Assembly: GCF_036365525.1 (NCBI RefSeq)
Contig: NC_090402.1
Location: 49,017,700-49,081,699, forward strand
DNA from: Heterodontus francisci
Lineage: Eukaryota
Reading direction: 5' to 3'
DNA length: 64,000 nucleotides
Made by a program: the position numbers and the translations under genes. How positions within the stretch are numbered: the stretch's first letter is position 1; the number at the start of each line of letters is the position of its first letter. The notes beneath the pieces are model-generated. The model did not search any database, was not told the origin of the DNA, and was given only the letters and a program-made list of their open reading frames with translations. Shown piece after piece: positions 12,820 through 25,414 of the stretch.

Positions 12820-14560
12820 CCAGGTGAGTTCAGGTCCAGACCTCATTACAGCCTTGGTCCATAATTGGACACAAGAGCTGAATTCCAGAGGTGACTGCTC
12901 TTGACATCAAGGAAAAATTTGACCAAGTGGTTGTTTTATTCGTCCTTGGAAGTGAGCATTGCTGGAAAGGTCAGCATTTATTGTCCATCCCTAAATGTCC
13001 TTGAGAAGGTGATGGGGAGCTGCCACCTGGAACCACTGCAGACCATGTGAGGTAGGTACACCCACAGTGCTGTTAGGAAGGGAGTTCCAGGATTTTGACC
13101 CAGTAATAGTGAAAGGATGGTGATACAGTTCAATGTCAGGATGTTCTGTGACCTGGAGGGGATTTTGCAGGTGGTTACATTCCAATCACCTAGGTCATAG
13201 AGGTCACATGTTTGGATGGTGCTGTCAGAGGAGCCTTGACGTGTTGCTGCAGTGCATCTCATAGATGGTACACAGTGCTGCTACTGTGCACCAATAGTGG
13301 ATGCAGTGAATGTTTAATCTGGTGGATCAGGTGCTGATCAAGCGGGCTGCTTTGTCTTGGATAGTGTTGAGCTTCTTGAGTGTTGTTGGAGCTGCACTCA
13401 TCCAGGTAAGTGGAGAGTATTCCATCACACTCCTGACATATGCCTTGGAGATGGTGGACAGGCTTTGGGGAGTCAGGAAGTGTGTTACTTGCTGCAGAAT
13501 TCCCAGCCTCTGACCTGCTCTTGTAGCCACAATATTTATATGGCTGGTACAGTTAAGCTACTGGTCAATGATAACCCTCGAGATGTTGATGCTGGGGGAT
13601 TCAGCGATGGTAATGCTGTAAAATATCAAAGGGATACGGTTAGATTCTCTCTTGTTGGAGATGGTCATTGTTTTAGCACTTGTGTGACGCAAATGTTACT
13701 TGCCACTTATCAGCCTGAGCCCGAATTGTGTCCAGGTCTTGCTGCATGTGGGTATGGACTGCTTCTGAGAAGTTGAGAATGGTGCTGAACATTGTGCAAT
13801 CATCAGCGAACAGCCCCACTTCTGACCTTATGATTGAAGGAAGGTCATTGATGAAGCAGCTGAAGACGGTTGGGCCTAGGACACTACCCTGAGGAACTCC
13901 TGCAGTGATGTCCTGGAGATGAGACGATTGACCTCCAACAACCATAACTGTCTTTCTTTGTGCAATGCATGATCCCAACCAGTGGTGTTTTCCCCCTGAT
14001 TTCCATTGACTTCAATTTTGCTCAGGCTCCTTGATGCCACACTCGGTCAAATGCTGGCTTGATGTCAAGGGCAATCACTCTCACCTCACCTCTAAAATGT
14101 AGCTCTTTTGTCCATGTTTGGACCAAGGCTATAATGTGGTCTGGAGCTGAGTGGCCCTGGCGGAACCTAAACAAGCAGGTGTTTGACCCGATGCAACGAG
14201 ACTTCATGCCGTCTCGAGCCAATGTTGAGGACTCCTAGGGCCACTACCTCCTGACCGTATACCACTGTCCTGCCATCTCTGGTGGATTTCTCCCACCGGT
14301 GGGACTGAACCTACCCAGGGATGTTGATGGAGGAATCTAGGACATTGGCTGCAAGGTCTGATTTGGTATGGTTATGTCAGGCTGTTGCTTGACTAGTCTG
14401 TGGGACAGTTCTCCCAATTTTGGCAGTCTCCAGATGTTACTGAGAAGGACTTTTCAGGGTCAACTGAGTAGGGTGTGCTGTTCTTGTTTCTGGTGCCTCG
14501 GTCAATGCCGGGTGGTCCATCTGGTTTTATTCTTAATCAGATTTTCTGTAGTAGCATCAA
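12820..14560 (-). mobile_element. LINE fragments (CR1/L2-superclade family, RT and 3' end)
   Basis: ORFs 13673-13978 (AGVPQGSVLGP...LFADD), 13327-13530 and 14022-14222 (ALDIKPAFDRVWH). Confidence 0.8.
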
Positions 14561-15230
14561 GGAGCCCTAGCTAAGTTGATATCAAGGGGAAAACTATCCA
14601 CTGATTGGAGTCATACCTAGCACAAAGGATAATGCTTGTTTTCATTGGAGGTGAGTCATCTCAGCCCCAGGACATCGCTGCAGGGGTTGTTCAGGGAATT
14701 GTCCTAGGTCGAGCCATCTTCAGTTCATCAATTACCTACCCTCCATCACAAGGTCAGGAGTGCGGATGTACGCTGATGGGAGCACAGTGTTTGGTGCGAT
14801 TTGCAACTCCTCAAATACTGAAGCATTCTGTGCCTGCATGCAGTAAGACCTGGACAACATTCAGACTTGGGCTGATATATGGCAAGTCACATTTACTCTC
14901 TCCACCACTGGGCCAGTGACAGCAGTGTGTACTATCTATAAGATGCATTGCAGCAACTCACCAAAGCTCCTTCAATAGAACCTGCCAAACCCGAAGCCTC
15001 TCCCAAGTAAAATAATAAGGGCAGTAGGCAACATGGAAACACCACCATCTGCAAATTCCCCTCCTCGTCACACACCATCGAGACTTGGAACTATATTGCT
15101 GGTCATTCCCTGTTGCTGGCTCAGAATTCCTGGAACACCCTCCCTAACAGCACAGTGGGTGCACTACACCACATGGACTGTAGCAGTTCAAGAAGGCAGC
15201 TCACCACCACCTTCTCATGGTCAACTAATG
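14560..15230 (+). mobile_element. Same LINE family fragment in opposite orientation
   Basis: ORF 14605-14919 ESYLAQR...QDIAAGVVQGIVLG matches the RT region of the neighbouring minus-strand copy. Confidence 0.7.
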
Positions 15231-15789
15231 ACAAACAATAAACAGAAACAGGAAGTGCTGGAAACACTCAGCAAATCTGGCAGCATCTGTTGAGAGAAAA
15301 ACAGTTGATGTTTCGAATTGGATATGACTTTCTCAGAACAGGCAATAAATGCTGGTGACACTCATATCCCAGGCACGTAAAAAAATGCCTTTTTTCTCAT
15401 TTCCAATAGTTTTATAACTGATACATGAAAGTGTTCAAAGTTAATTATCCTCCAGTGTCCAGGAGATTATTTCTTGAAGACTCAGGACAATCCTGGAGTG
15501 TTGCTGACTCCAGCCCGACAGACACTAGCCTGAGCATTGACAACACAATAAATGAGAACAGGAATAGGTGCTAGACCAGGATTTATGAATGTTGACATGC
15601 TAATGGTAAAATTATCATAGTGCCAAACAATGAATAGGAGGCAAAGTTTCACTGGTTCAGAAGTTAGCATTTCCCTGATTCCAAGGCATGGGCTTGAACT
15701 CCTAAGACTTTGCAAACTGAATCCCAACGCAAGTTCAATGCAATTGCTCCTTTATATACTCTAATTTCCGAAACTTCATTAAACTGTGA

Positions 15790-16020
15790 CTCTCCAGCGT
15801 CCTCAGCCTTTGCACAGAAAAGAACACTCAGCGGAACGGCAGACAGGGAAGAGTAGGGTTCCGGCGGATTGTTTCTGGGGGCGGATCACGGGCACAAACC
15901 GGAAGGTGCATCGGCTCAGTACTCCGGGTGGATGCACGTCCCGGGTGGTGACGTCACGGACCTCAGGGGTGAAAATCTGAGGCCTCGGATTGGACAAGTG
16001 TCCTTCGGTTACCAGGTGCA
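15790..16020 (+). promoter_or_regulatory. CpG-rich housekeeping-type promoter / first exon, probably of HDHD3
   Basis: Non-repeat CpG cluster with GC box GGGGCGG (~15878), ETS CCGGAAG (15899-15905), CRE TGACGTCA (15949-15956) and a possible donor CAG|GTGCAG at ~16015. Confidence 0.55.
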
Positions 16021-16173
16021 GTGAAGCAGTATTAGAGCAGCTTCCAGTCTAAAGGTTAGCATTTACATAGAACAGTACAGTACAGTACAGGCCCTTCGGC
16101 CCACGATGTTTTGTTTCATTATTAACTTGTTGAAGGGCTGGAGAAAAAAGAGTCTCCTCAGTAATCTCTTATC

Positions 16174-17540
16174 TTTGGCCTCCTTGTCTCGAGAGACAAT
16201 GGGTAAGCACCTGGAGGTGGTCAGTGGTTTGTGAAGCAGCCCCTGGAATAGTTATAAAGGCCAATTCTAGAGTGACAGACTCTTCCACAGGTGCTGCAGA
16301 TAAAATTGGTTGACGGGGCTAATACACAGTTGGCTCTCCCCTTGTGCTTCAGTGTTTTTTCTTGCCAACTGCTTAGTCTCTTTGACTCGCCACACTTTAG
16401 CCCTGCCTTTATGGTCTGGTGATCGCTGCCAACTGACTCCCACGACTTGTGATCAATGTCACAGGACTTCATGTTGCGTTTGCAGACGTCTTTAAAGTGG
16501 AGACATGGGCGGCCGGTGGGTCTGCTACCAGTGACGAGCTCGCTGTACAATGCGTCCTTGGGGATCCTGCCATCTTCCATGCGGCTCACATGGCCAAGCC
16601 ATGTCAAGCGCCGCTGGCTTAGTAGAGTGTATAAGCTGGGGATGTTGGCCGCCTCGACGACTTCTGCATTGGAGTTACGGTCCTGCCACCTGATGCCAAG
16701 GATTCTCCAGAGGCAGTGAAGGTGGAATGAATTGAGAAGTTGCTCTTGGCTGACATACGTTGTCCAGGCCTCGCTGCCGTAGAGCAAGGTACTGAGGACA
16801 CAGGCTTGATACACTCGGACTTTTGTGTTCCGTGTCAGTGCGCCATTTTCCACACTCTCTTGGCCAGTCTGGACATAGCAGTGGACGCCTTTCCCATGCG
16901 CTTGTTGATTTCTGCATCGAGAGACAGGTTACTGGTGATAGTTGAGCCGAGGTAGGTGAATTCTTGAACCCCTTCCAGAGAGTGGTCACCAATATTGATG
17001 GATGGAGCATTTCTGATGTCCTGTCCCATGATGTTCATTTTCTTGAGGCAGATGGCTAGGCCAAGTTCGTTGCAGGCAGCCGCAATCCTGTCGATGAGTC
17101 TCTGCAGACACTTCTGTGTGGGATGTTAATGCAACATCGTCAGCAAAGAGGAGTTCCCTGATAAAGACCTCCCGTACTTTGGTCTTCGCTCTTAGATGGG
17201 CAAGGTTGAACAACCTAAATTTGATCTTATGTGGAGGAAGATTCCTTCTTCTGAAGACTTGGACGCATGTTAGAGCAGCAGGGAGATGAAGATCCCAAAC
17301 AGTGTCGGTGCGAGAACACAGCCCTGTTTCACGCCACTCAGGATAGGAAAGGGGTCTGATGAGACACCGCTATGCTGAATTGTGCCTTTCATATTGTCAT
17401 GGAATGAGGTGATGATACTAAGTAGCTTTGGTGGACATCCAATCTTTGCTAGTAGTCTGTAAAGACCATGTCTGCTGAGAGGTCAAAGACTTTGGTGAGA
17501 TCTATGAAAGCAACGTAGAGGGGCATCTGTTGTTCGCCAT
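16174..17540 (-). mobile_element. RTE LINE, 5'-truncated and decayed
   Basis: ORFs 16221-16853 (LLYGSEAWT...CSTCGRVCHSRIGL), 16835-17038 and 16986-17213 (LLFADD). Confidence 0.9.
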
Positions 17541-17585
17541 CCAGCTCACCACTCAGTCATAACATTATTTCTGTTCATTCCCAGG

Positions 17586-18033
17586 TAGGGTTGCCAACCC
17601 TCCAGGATTGCTGTGGAATTTCCTGGAATTAAAGCTTCATCTCTTGGACAACTGCTTCCAACAAGCCAGGAAAATCCATTGGGACATCAACCAAACATTG
17701 TGCGCAGTTTTCATTTTCTTTGATCTCTTTATGCTGGAGATGGAGGTTCAGCAAGGTTATTTGTTAAATATATATCAGACAATCATTCAATTGGCTAATG
17801 CGGAGTTTGCTCACTTTCTGATTAATGTGGGAAGCTGGTGCTCCGCAAGGATGGAGTCGTTTGTTTATGGGTGGTGAGGGCGAGGCTGTTGGAGTAGGGA
17901 GGTCATCCGATCAAACATGCAGGAATATGTGGTAGAGTCATTTAAGGCACAGAAGGAGGTAATTCAGCCCATCGTGTCCATGCTGGCTCTCCACAGAGCT
18001 ATGCAGTCAGTCCACCCAGAGTTGGCAACTCTA
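17586..18033. mobile_element. hAT-Blackjack-like MITE
   Basis: TIRs TAGGGTTGCCAAC / GTTGGCAACTCTA; flanking 8-mers TTCCCAGG / TTCTCAGA resemble a decayed 8-bp TSD. Confidence 0.6.
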
Positions 18034-18049
18034 TTCTCAGATTGAGAGT

Positions 18050-18480
18050 GTCGCTGACAAAGCTAGCATTTATTGCCATCCCGAGTCGCCCTTGAGAAGG
18101 TGGTGGTGAGCCACTTTCTTGAACTGCTGCTGCTGTGGGTTAGGGACATCCACAGTGCTGTTAGTGAGGGTGTTCCAGGATTTTAACTTGGCGACAGTGA
18201 AGGAACGGCGATATAGTTCCAAGTCAGGATGATGTGTGACTTGGAGGGGAGCTTTCAGGTGGTGATGTTTCCATGCACCTGGTGCCCTTGTCCTTCAAGG
18301 TAGTGGAGGTTGTAGGTTTGAAAGGTGCTGTTGATGAAGCCATGGTGAGTTGTTGCAGTGCATCTTGTAGAAGGTATAGACTGTGGCCAGTGTGTGGCAG
18401 TGGTGGATGGAATGAATCTTTGGAGTAGTGATGGGGTACCCATCAAGAGGGCTGCTTGTCCTGGACGATGTTTAGCTTTG
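18050..18480 (-). mobile_element. LINE 3' fragment (CR1/L2-superclade family)
   Basis: Similar to 12960-13380 and 55870-56320. Confidence 0.7.
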
Positions 18481-19569
18481 TTAATGGATTTCTCCCTTGG
18501 TTACTAATGCAACAAACGGTTGTTAGTCCTTGTTGGTGTGGTGACAACAACTCTCTTATGCTTTGCCGAAAAGGGGAAATAGGTTTTATTCTTAAACTAT
18601 AATCCAACCTTGCTGTATGCACATGTAGTTATGTAGGTTTCATATTTAGCTGAGGCTGTATTTTTAGGTGTTTACCCAGCTTCTAATCTTTTCACTTTTG
18701 CATTTGTGCAACAAGCTTTTCTTCCACTGCAGTTAAGTGCATAGACCAAATGTTTATCTGTCACTGGATATATGGTGTTTTGGCAACTAGTCTTTTATCA
18801 GGGTATCTTCACCTGGGTGCTTCCATTCTCTGTCCTTGCATTGCCAAACTGCCTGTTCAGATAAAGAAAGAAGATTAAGATTTCGCTTTGCCCCACATTT
18901 GTCCTCACTCTAAAAATTCCAAAAGAAATGATACTGGAATAGCTTGACCATTTAAATGATTTTTTCAATATTTTAACAAGCTTCTTGAGTGTTTTTGTAG
19001 CTGCATCCATCTCGCAGTTCACTTACACTCCTGACTTGTGCCTTTTAGGTAGGTAGATGGTAGCTGCTGTCGAGCAAGTGGTTATTGGAACTATTCCCTG
19101 CAATAGAGGGATTTTGAGCTGATGAAGCAAATTTTGCTTCATCTGTAAGCTTATGTGTCTCCTGCATTCTACGAATCTAAATGATTGTGGTGAAAGGGAA
19201 ATGTGCTGCCACTCTTTGAACCCAGTGTCAGTATGAAAAGTCCCATTAGATGCAGAATGCAGCTGCCTCTTCTGACACCCAGTGAAGTGTATCAAGAACG
19301 AATATTTTCAGCCAGCAGTAGGTGCAGCTGTGACTTCATCAGTGATGACAAGGTGTTGCAAACTATCACTCCAGGTAAGTGTCAGCAGGCGAGTGGAAAG
19401 GCCCTGTGCAGTCTATTGGAATTCCCCTTTACTATTCTATTCCTGTGCTCTGAAGCTAAATTAAGTGTCACTCAGTCATTCGCTCATTAACCACTAACAC
19501 AGTGCTGTCAGCTGTGACTCAGTTGGTGGCACTCGCACCTCCTGAGTCAGAAGGTTGTGCGGTCAAACA

Positions 19570-21470
19570 TGCGAATTAGGAGCAGCAGTCGGTCACTGGG
19601 CCCTTCAAGCCTGCACCGCCATTCAATAAGTTCATGGCTGAACTGATTACTCCACATTTCCACCTACCTCCGATAACCTTCCACCCCCTTGCTTATCAAG
19701 AATCTATCTATCTCTGCCTTAAAAATATTTAAAGACTCTGCTTCCACTGCCTTTTGAGGGAGAAAATTCCAAAAACTCACAACCCTCTGAGAGAAAAAAT
19801 TTCTCCTCATCTCTGTCTTTGAAACAGGGATCCCTAGTTCTAGATTCTCCCACAAGGGAAAACATCCTTTCCGCATCCACCCTGTCCAGACCCTTCAGGG
19901 TTTTATATGTTTCAATTAAGTTGCCTCTTACTCTTCTAAATTCCAGCAGATACAAGCCTCGCCTGTCCAATCTTTCCTGGTAAGACAGCCCGCCCATTCC
20001 AGATATTCGTCTAGTAAACCTCTGTACTGCCTCAAACGCATTTACACCCTTCCTTAAATAAGGAGACCAGTGCTGTACACAGTATTCCAGATGTGGTCTC
20101 ACTAATGCCCTGTACAGCTGAAGCAAAACCTCCCTACTTTTGTATTCAATTCCCCTCGCGATAAACAATAACATTCTATTAGCTTTCCTAATTACGTGCT
20201 GTACCTGCATACTAACCTTTTGCAATTCATACACCAGGACACCCAGAGCTCTGCAATCTGTGTCATCAGCAAATTTAGCAACCATACCTTCGGTCCCTTC
20301 ATCTAAGACATTTATATAAATTGTAAGAAGTTGAGGCCCCTGCACAGATCCTTGTGGCACACCACTTGTTACATCTTGCCAACCAGAAAATGACCCGTGT
20401 ATGCCGACTCTCTGTTTCCTGTTAGCTAGCCAATCTTCTGTGCATGCCAATATGTTAACCCCGACACCATGAGCTTTTATTTTCTGCAATAACCTTTGAT
20501 GTGGCACCTTATCAAATGCCTTCTGGAAATCCAAGTACAATACATCCACCAGTTCCCCTTTATCCACGGCACAGGTAACTCCTTCAGAGTACGCCAATCT
20601 TTTCTTCTTTCTTTTGGGCCTCCTTGTCTCGAGAGACAATGGATACGCGCCTGGAGGTGGTCAGTGGTTTGTGAAGCAGCGCCTGGAGTGGCTATAAAGG
20701 CCAATTCTAGAGTGACAGGCTCTTCCACAGGAGCTGCAGAGAAATTTGTTTGTCGGGGCTGTTGCACAGTTGGCTCTCCCCTTGTTCCTCTGTCTTTTTT
20801 CCTGCCAACCACTAAGTCTCTTCGACTCGCCACATTTTAGCCCTGTCTTTATGGCTGCCCGCCAGCTCTGGCGAATGCTGGCAACTGACTCCCACGACTT
20901 ATGATCAATGTCACAGGATTTCATGTCGCGTTTGCAGACGTCTTTAAAGCGGAGACATGGACGGCCGGTAGGTCTGATACCAGTGGCGAGCTCGCTGTAC
21001 AATGTGTCTTCGGGGATCCTGCCATCTTCCATGCGGCTCACATGGCCAAGCCATCTCAAGCGCCGCTGACTCAGTAGTGTGTCCAAGCTGGGGATGTTTG
21101 CCGCCTCGAGGACTTCTGTGTTGGAGATACGGTCCTGCCACCTGATGCCGAATATTCTCCGGAGGCAGCGAAGATGGAATGAATTGAGACGTCGCTCTTG
21201 GCTGACATACGTTGTCCAGGCCTCGCTGCCATACAGCTAGGTACTGAGGACACAGGCCTGATACGCTCGGACTTTTGTACTCCTTCAGAGTACGCCAATA
21301 AATTGGATAAACATGATTTCCCTTTCACAAAACCATGTTGACTCTGCCTGATTACCTTGAATTTTTGTAAATGCCCTGCTGTGCTGTTTTTAATAATAGC
21401 TTCTAAGATTTTCCCTCAGACAGATGTTAAGCTAACTGGCCTGTAGTTTCCTGCTTTCTGTCTCCCTTTT
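19570..21470 (-). mobile_element. CR1 LINE RT/3' fragment with nested RTE
   Basis: ORF 19719-20639 YLDFQKAFDKVPH...KFADD...RPHLEYCVQ; ORF 21071-21328 begins with CR1 KGKSCLSNLL. Confidence 0.9.
20599..21278 (-). mobile_element. RTE LINE 3' fragment with 21-bp TSD
   Basis: ORF 20661-21086 is the RTE C-terminus; ACTCCTTCAGAGTACGCCAAT is duplicated at 20578-20598 and 21279-21299. Confidence 0.9.
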
Positions 21471-22631
21471 TGAAGTGGATGAAGTTGCATCCACTTCAGA
21501 CACTTGAACATAAAATCTAGACTGTCATTTCAAGTGCAGTAGTGAGGGAGATCGGCATTGCCATCTTTCAGCTAAGACATTAAACCGAGGGCCCATCTGT
21601 CCTCTGAGTTGGCCATGCCGATCCTTTGGCACTATTTCAAGGAGAGGCAGGGGAGCTCTCTGGTCTCCACACCTATACTTACCCTCACCTTCCTCACCTA
21701 ACATCATGGGAAAAATAAACAAATTGGCCGAGAATTTTCAGTAATGACAGTGAGGCTCTCAGCACTCACCGTAATGAAAGATTAAATCGGATAGCAACTT
21801 CCACTGACTGCACGTGTGCAAGGGATCAGGAAGTTGCTGTCTGAGTTGCCATGCTTCCCTCAGAAGCGTCACTGTACCTGACCTCACCCAGAGACTCGCC
21901 AATGAAACACATAAGTGCGCAAAGTTGCTGTACTTGCCCACTGGAAACCCACTAAACAGGGCAGAAATTTTAGGGCTGGTGCATTCAGGTATTTGTGATT
22001 TTTTTTTAATGTATGGGAAGTGATAATTACTGCCAAACAACTTCTCTGGAACTGAAATTTAATTTTACAGGCATGTTCTCTCATTCCTTCAGAATTTAAT
22101 TGTTGTAGGTCTTTTTTAACTTTATTTTCTGTCTCTTTCTGTCTATGATTTTGCAAAGAATTAAATATTTTAATTTTATATTTCCTGGTTTAGACTCTGC
22201 GTGCCTCAGTGATAATTTTTCAATCTGATTGGTTGAAGTGCCATGTTTTTGCTTGGCCTGCTCACGGACAAAACAATCCCTGTCGAGAGCACCACGCAGT
22301 TTCGGACTCCTGATGATAGCATATTGCAACTCATGCTCACAAAATGTGTGTGGCCAGCTGAGAGTGTAATGAATGGCAAGTCGTACCATTGCCACTGACC
22401 ACAGAATCCGGTCCATTATTTGGTCATTGTCACATTGCTCTGTGTGGGAGCTTGCTATTCACGAATTGACTGCCGTGTTTCCTACATTACTGATACACTT
22501 CAAAAGTATTTCATTGGCTGTAAAGTTCTTTGAGACACTCTGAGGTCATGAAATTCACTACATAAATGTGAATTGTTTCTTTCTATTACTCAGAGCATAG
22601 CCACGATCTGTGTTGATTGAAGTAAGGGTGA

Positions 22632-23354
22632 ATGAAGATGAGGACTCGGTTGCTGACCTGGGATGTGAAAAATACTCTGCTCTGAGTGCGTCACACAGTC
22701 GGTGAGCTGTACTCTTCAGAGGCCAAGTTGCACGGGATCCGTGTGGAGGCCAAGGCTCTTAACAGGTCATTCCAAGCCTTCGTCCGAATGCAGGACAAGT
22801 TGTTCCCCAACTACGGTCAAGGCCAGGGCCTGAGCTCCCATCAGTGGTGGGTGGAAATTGTCAAACGGACCTTTCGGGTCTGCGGGGTGAGCGATGAGCT
22901 GGTATTGTCTCTTTTGGCAGAGAACCTTTATCAAGGATTCAGCAGTGCTAAGAACTGGGAGGTGTTCAGCGATGTGAAGGACACCCTGATTCACTGTGAC
23001 AGACTGGGCATCCACATGGCAGTGATTTCCAACTTCGACCACCGTCTGGAGCAGATTTTAGTCGATTGCGGCCTGCGGGAGCATTTCCAGTTTGTGTTGA
23101 CGTCGGAGGGTGTTGGAATCGCCAAACCAGACCATCGGATCTTTACTAAGGCCCTGGGCTTCGCTCAAGTGGAACCCAAGCAGGCCATGTACATCGGCAA
23201 TGATGTGTGGATGGATTATCTGGCGGCCAGGGCTGTGGGGATGGAGAGTTACCTGATCTACAGAGGGAAGGAGGAACCCGCCAAGGCGAAGGGACTGGTG
23301 CCCAGGGCGCACATCCTGCACTCCCTGCAGCAGCTGCACAGCCTCCTTAAATGA
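22632..23354 (+). pseudogene. HDHD3: HDHD3 (HAD-like hydrolase domain-containing 3), single coding exon with premature stop
   Basis: MKMRTRLLTWDVKNTLL*VRHTVGELY...FPNYG...WW...AVISNFDHRL...FVLTSE...KPDHRIF...YIGNDVWMDY...RAVGM matches HDHD3 (LLTWDVKDTLLR...). TGA at 22683-22685; acceptor CAG at 22591-22593. Confidence 0.88.
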
Positions 23355-24949
23355 ATGTCTTCTTGCCTGGATCCCCAAACTCGTAATGCTGTCATTAAAT
23401 GTACCCACAAGAAATGGAGAGTCTGTTTCATTGAGGAACGATTAGCATTCTGATAGGCATTGAGGTGTTTGGTGAGAGTCACTTTCCCTCTTATCGGGGG
23501 AGCTCATGGTTGCACATTGGCGAGTTGGTGTAAATTTGCATGATATACAGAGGGTCTCTGCATCCCCAATAGGTGCCGTCTTTGTGAACAGCCACTCGAA
23601 GAATTCTGTACAAATTACAAACTTTACGGAAAAGTCTGGCAATTTTCGGGTGCATTGTATAATATCATTGCCGTTATCTTCAAGGAGGAGCCCAATAATT
23701 AACATTTTGCTGTGGTGATTTGGATAATATTTTATTCAGGATTTCTGAAATAACCATTTCTCTTCCTTTTGACCAGTTTCTCCTGTGTTCAGTCTTGAAG
23801 AATAGCATTTCCCACACCCTCTGTTCAGCTCCAAGTCTGTACTGTGCACCTCAGTGAGGTGACATGACATGAATGGGAGATAACTGTGTTTGTCTCAAAT
23901 TAAGTGCTACCTTCTTGCGTGTTTGCTTCTGCTGAACAGAATGGAATGGAAGAATGAGGAAGATTAACATTACAGATAGTGTCTTCTGACATCTGTCAGA
24001 TATCTCTGAGCTTCATGTACGCAATGAAGTAGGCTGGAGTGTAGTGATCTCTGTATGCAGCTTATGTGCAGTTAGAATCTTGCAAAGTGATTGAGAAATT
24101 CACCATTAAGCTACATTTGGTGGTGTTTGTTGAGAGAGGCGTAATGGCCAGGATACTGGTAGAGTGCCCTGTTCTTTGAATGGCACCATTGGTGCAGTAG
24201 TGTACTGATTCAGTCAATGGACTGATCCAGAGAGCGGGGGTTCAGATCACACCATGACAGTGTGAGAATTTGAATTTTGAAATAAAAAGCAAGTATCAGT
24301 AAAAATGACCATGAAACATTGGATTGTTGTAAAACCCCCAACTGTCTCACTGATGTCCTTACGGGAAGATAACCTGCTATCATTACCCAGTCTGGTCTAT
24401 ATGTGACTCCAATCCCACACCATCACTGTAAAGGGGCCTACCAAGTCACTCCAGCGGGCCATCTAGGGATGTGCAATAAATGCCGACCTTACCAGCAACA
24501 CCACATCCCAGAATGAATAATCAAAGGATCTTTATTGTCTGTTCGAACCATCGGTGCCAGCAGATGGAGTCTTGATTATGTTCTCCACAGATGACCTTTT
24601 GCCAGTGAGAAAGCCAAAACCTTCGTAATTCATAACTTTTTAATAAGGATAAAATGATATTTAGATTTCTGCCAGATGAACCAGACCAGTGGGCACTCTT
24701 CCACATGCATCCCCTTCACCAACTTCTCACCTGTCTACCGTATACAGAGGGGAGAGCGCTGGCAATGCACAATGAAGAGGAGGGGGACTGTCCAGAGAGT
24801 TGGGCGGGATGGGGTGTGCAGGACAGTGGTGGGCAGTGTAGATGGGGGAGACCTAGTGAGCTGACTGGGTCACAAAAATACTGATGTCAGAATGAAATAC
24901 TGATGATTGTTTTGAAAGAATTCCATCTCCCTCCTGTTGTCTTCCTTTT

Positions 24950-25414
24950 GAACCAGACTGTTTGCAACCTTGACATTCGATTTTACCCTAAGCTGAGCTT
25001 TTGATCTCATATCCTCTCCATCACAAAGACCACCTACTTCCACCTCTGTAACATCACCCATCTCCACCTTGTCTCAGTTCATCTGAAACCCTCATCCATG
25101 CCTCTGTTAACTCTAGATTCTCTTATTCCAATGTTCTCCTGGTAGCCTCCCACCTTCCAACCTCTAAATTGAGTTCATTCAGAACTCTGCTACCTGTATC
25201 CTAACTCGCACCAAGCCCAACTCACCCTATCACCCCTGTGTTCCCTGAACGACATTGGTTCCCAGCACCCAAAGCTTCAATTTAAAATTTCTCATCCACT
25301 TGTTCAAATCCTTCCCTGTCTCTCTAACGGCCCCACAACCCTCCAAGAACTGTGCTGTCCTCCAACTTTGTTTCATAAGGCCAGGTAACATGTCTTGGAT
25401 CATTTTACTACATT
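24950..25414 (+). mobile_element. L2 LINE 3' fragment
   Basis: L2-like C-terminal text (ETLIHA...SRFSYSNVLL). The tail continues after the RTE at 27982-28020 (ACTACATTAAAGGCACTATATAAATG). Confidence 0.6.

Noticed and set aside
19719-20639. Apparent chimeric RT protein (also ORFs 29371-30189 and 32524-33141)
   Set aside because: The ORFs read across junctions of nested TE insertions; the TSD at 20578/21279 shows an insertion rather than a gene.
22683-22685. TGA as selenocysteine in HDHD3
   Set aside because: It aligns to Arg, not Cys; CGA->TGA decay is simpler, and I could not recognise a SECIS.
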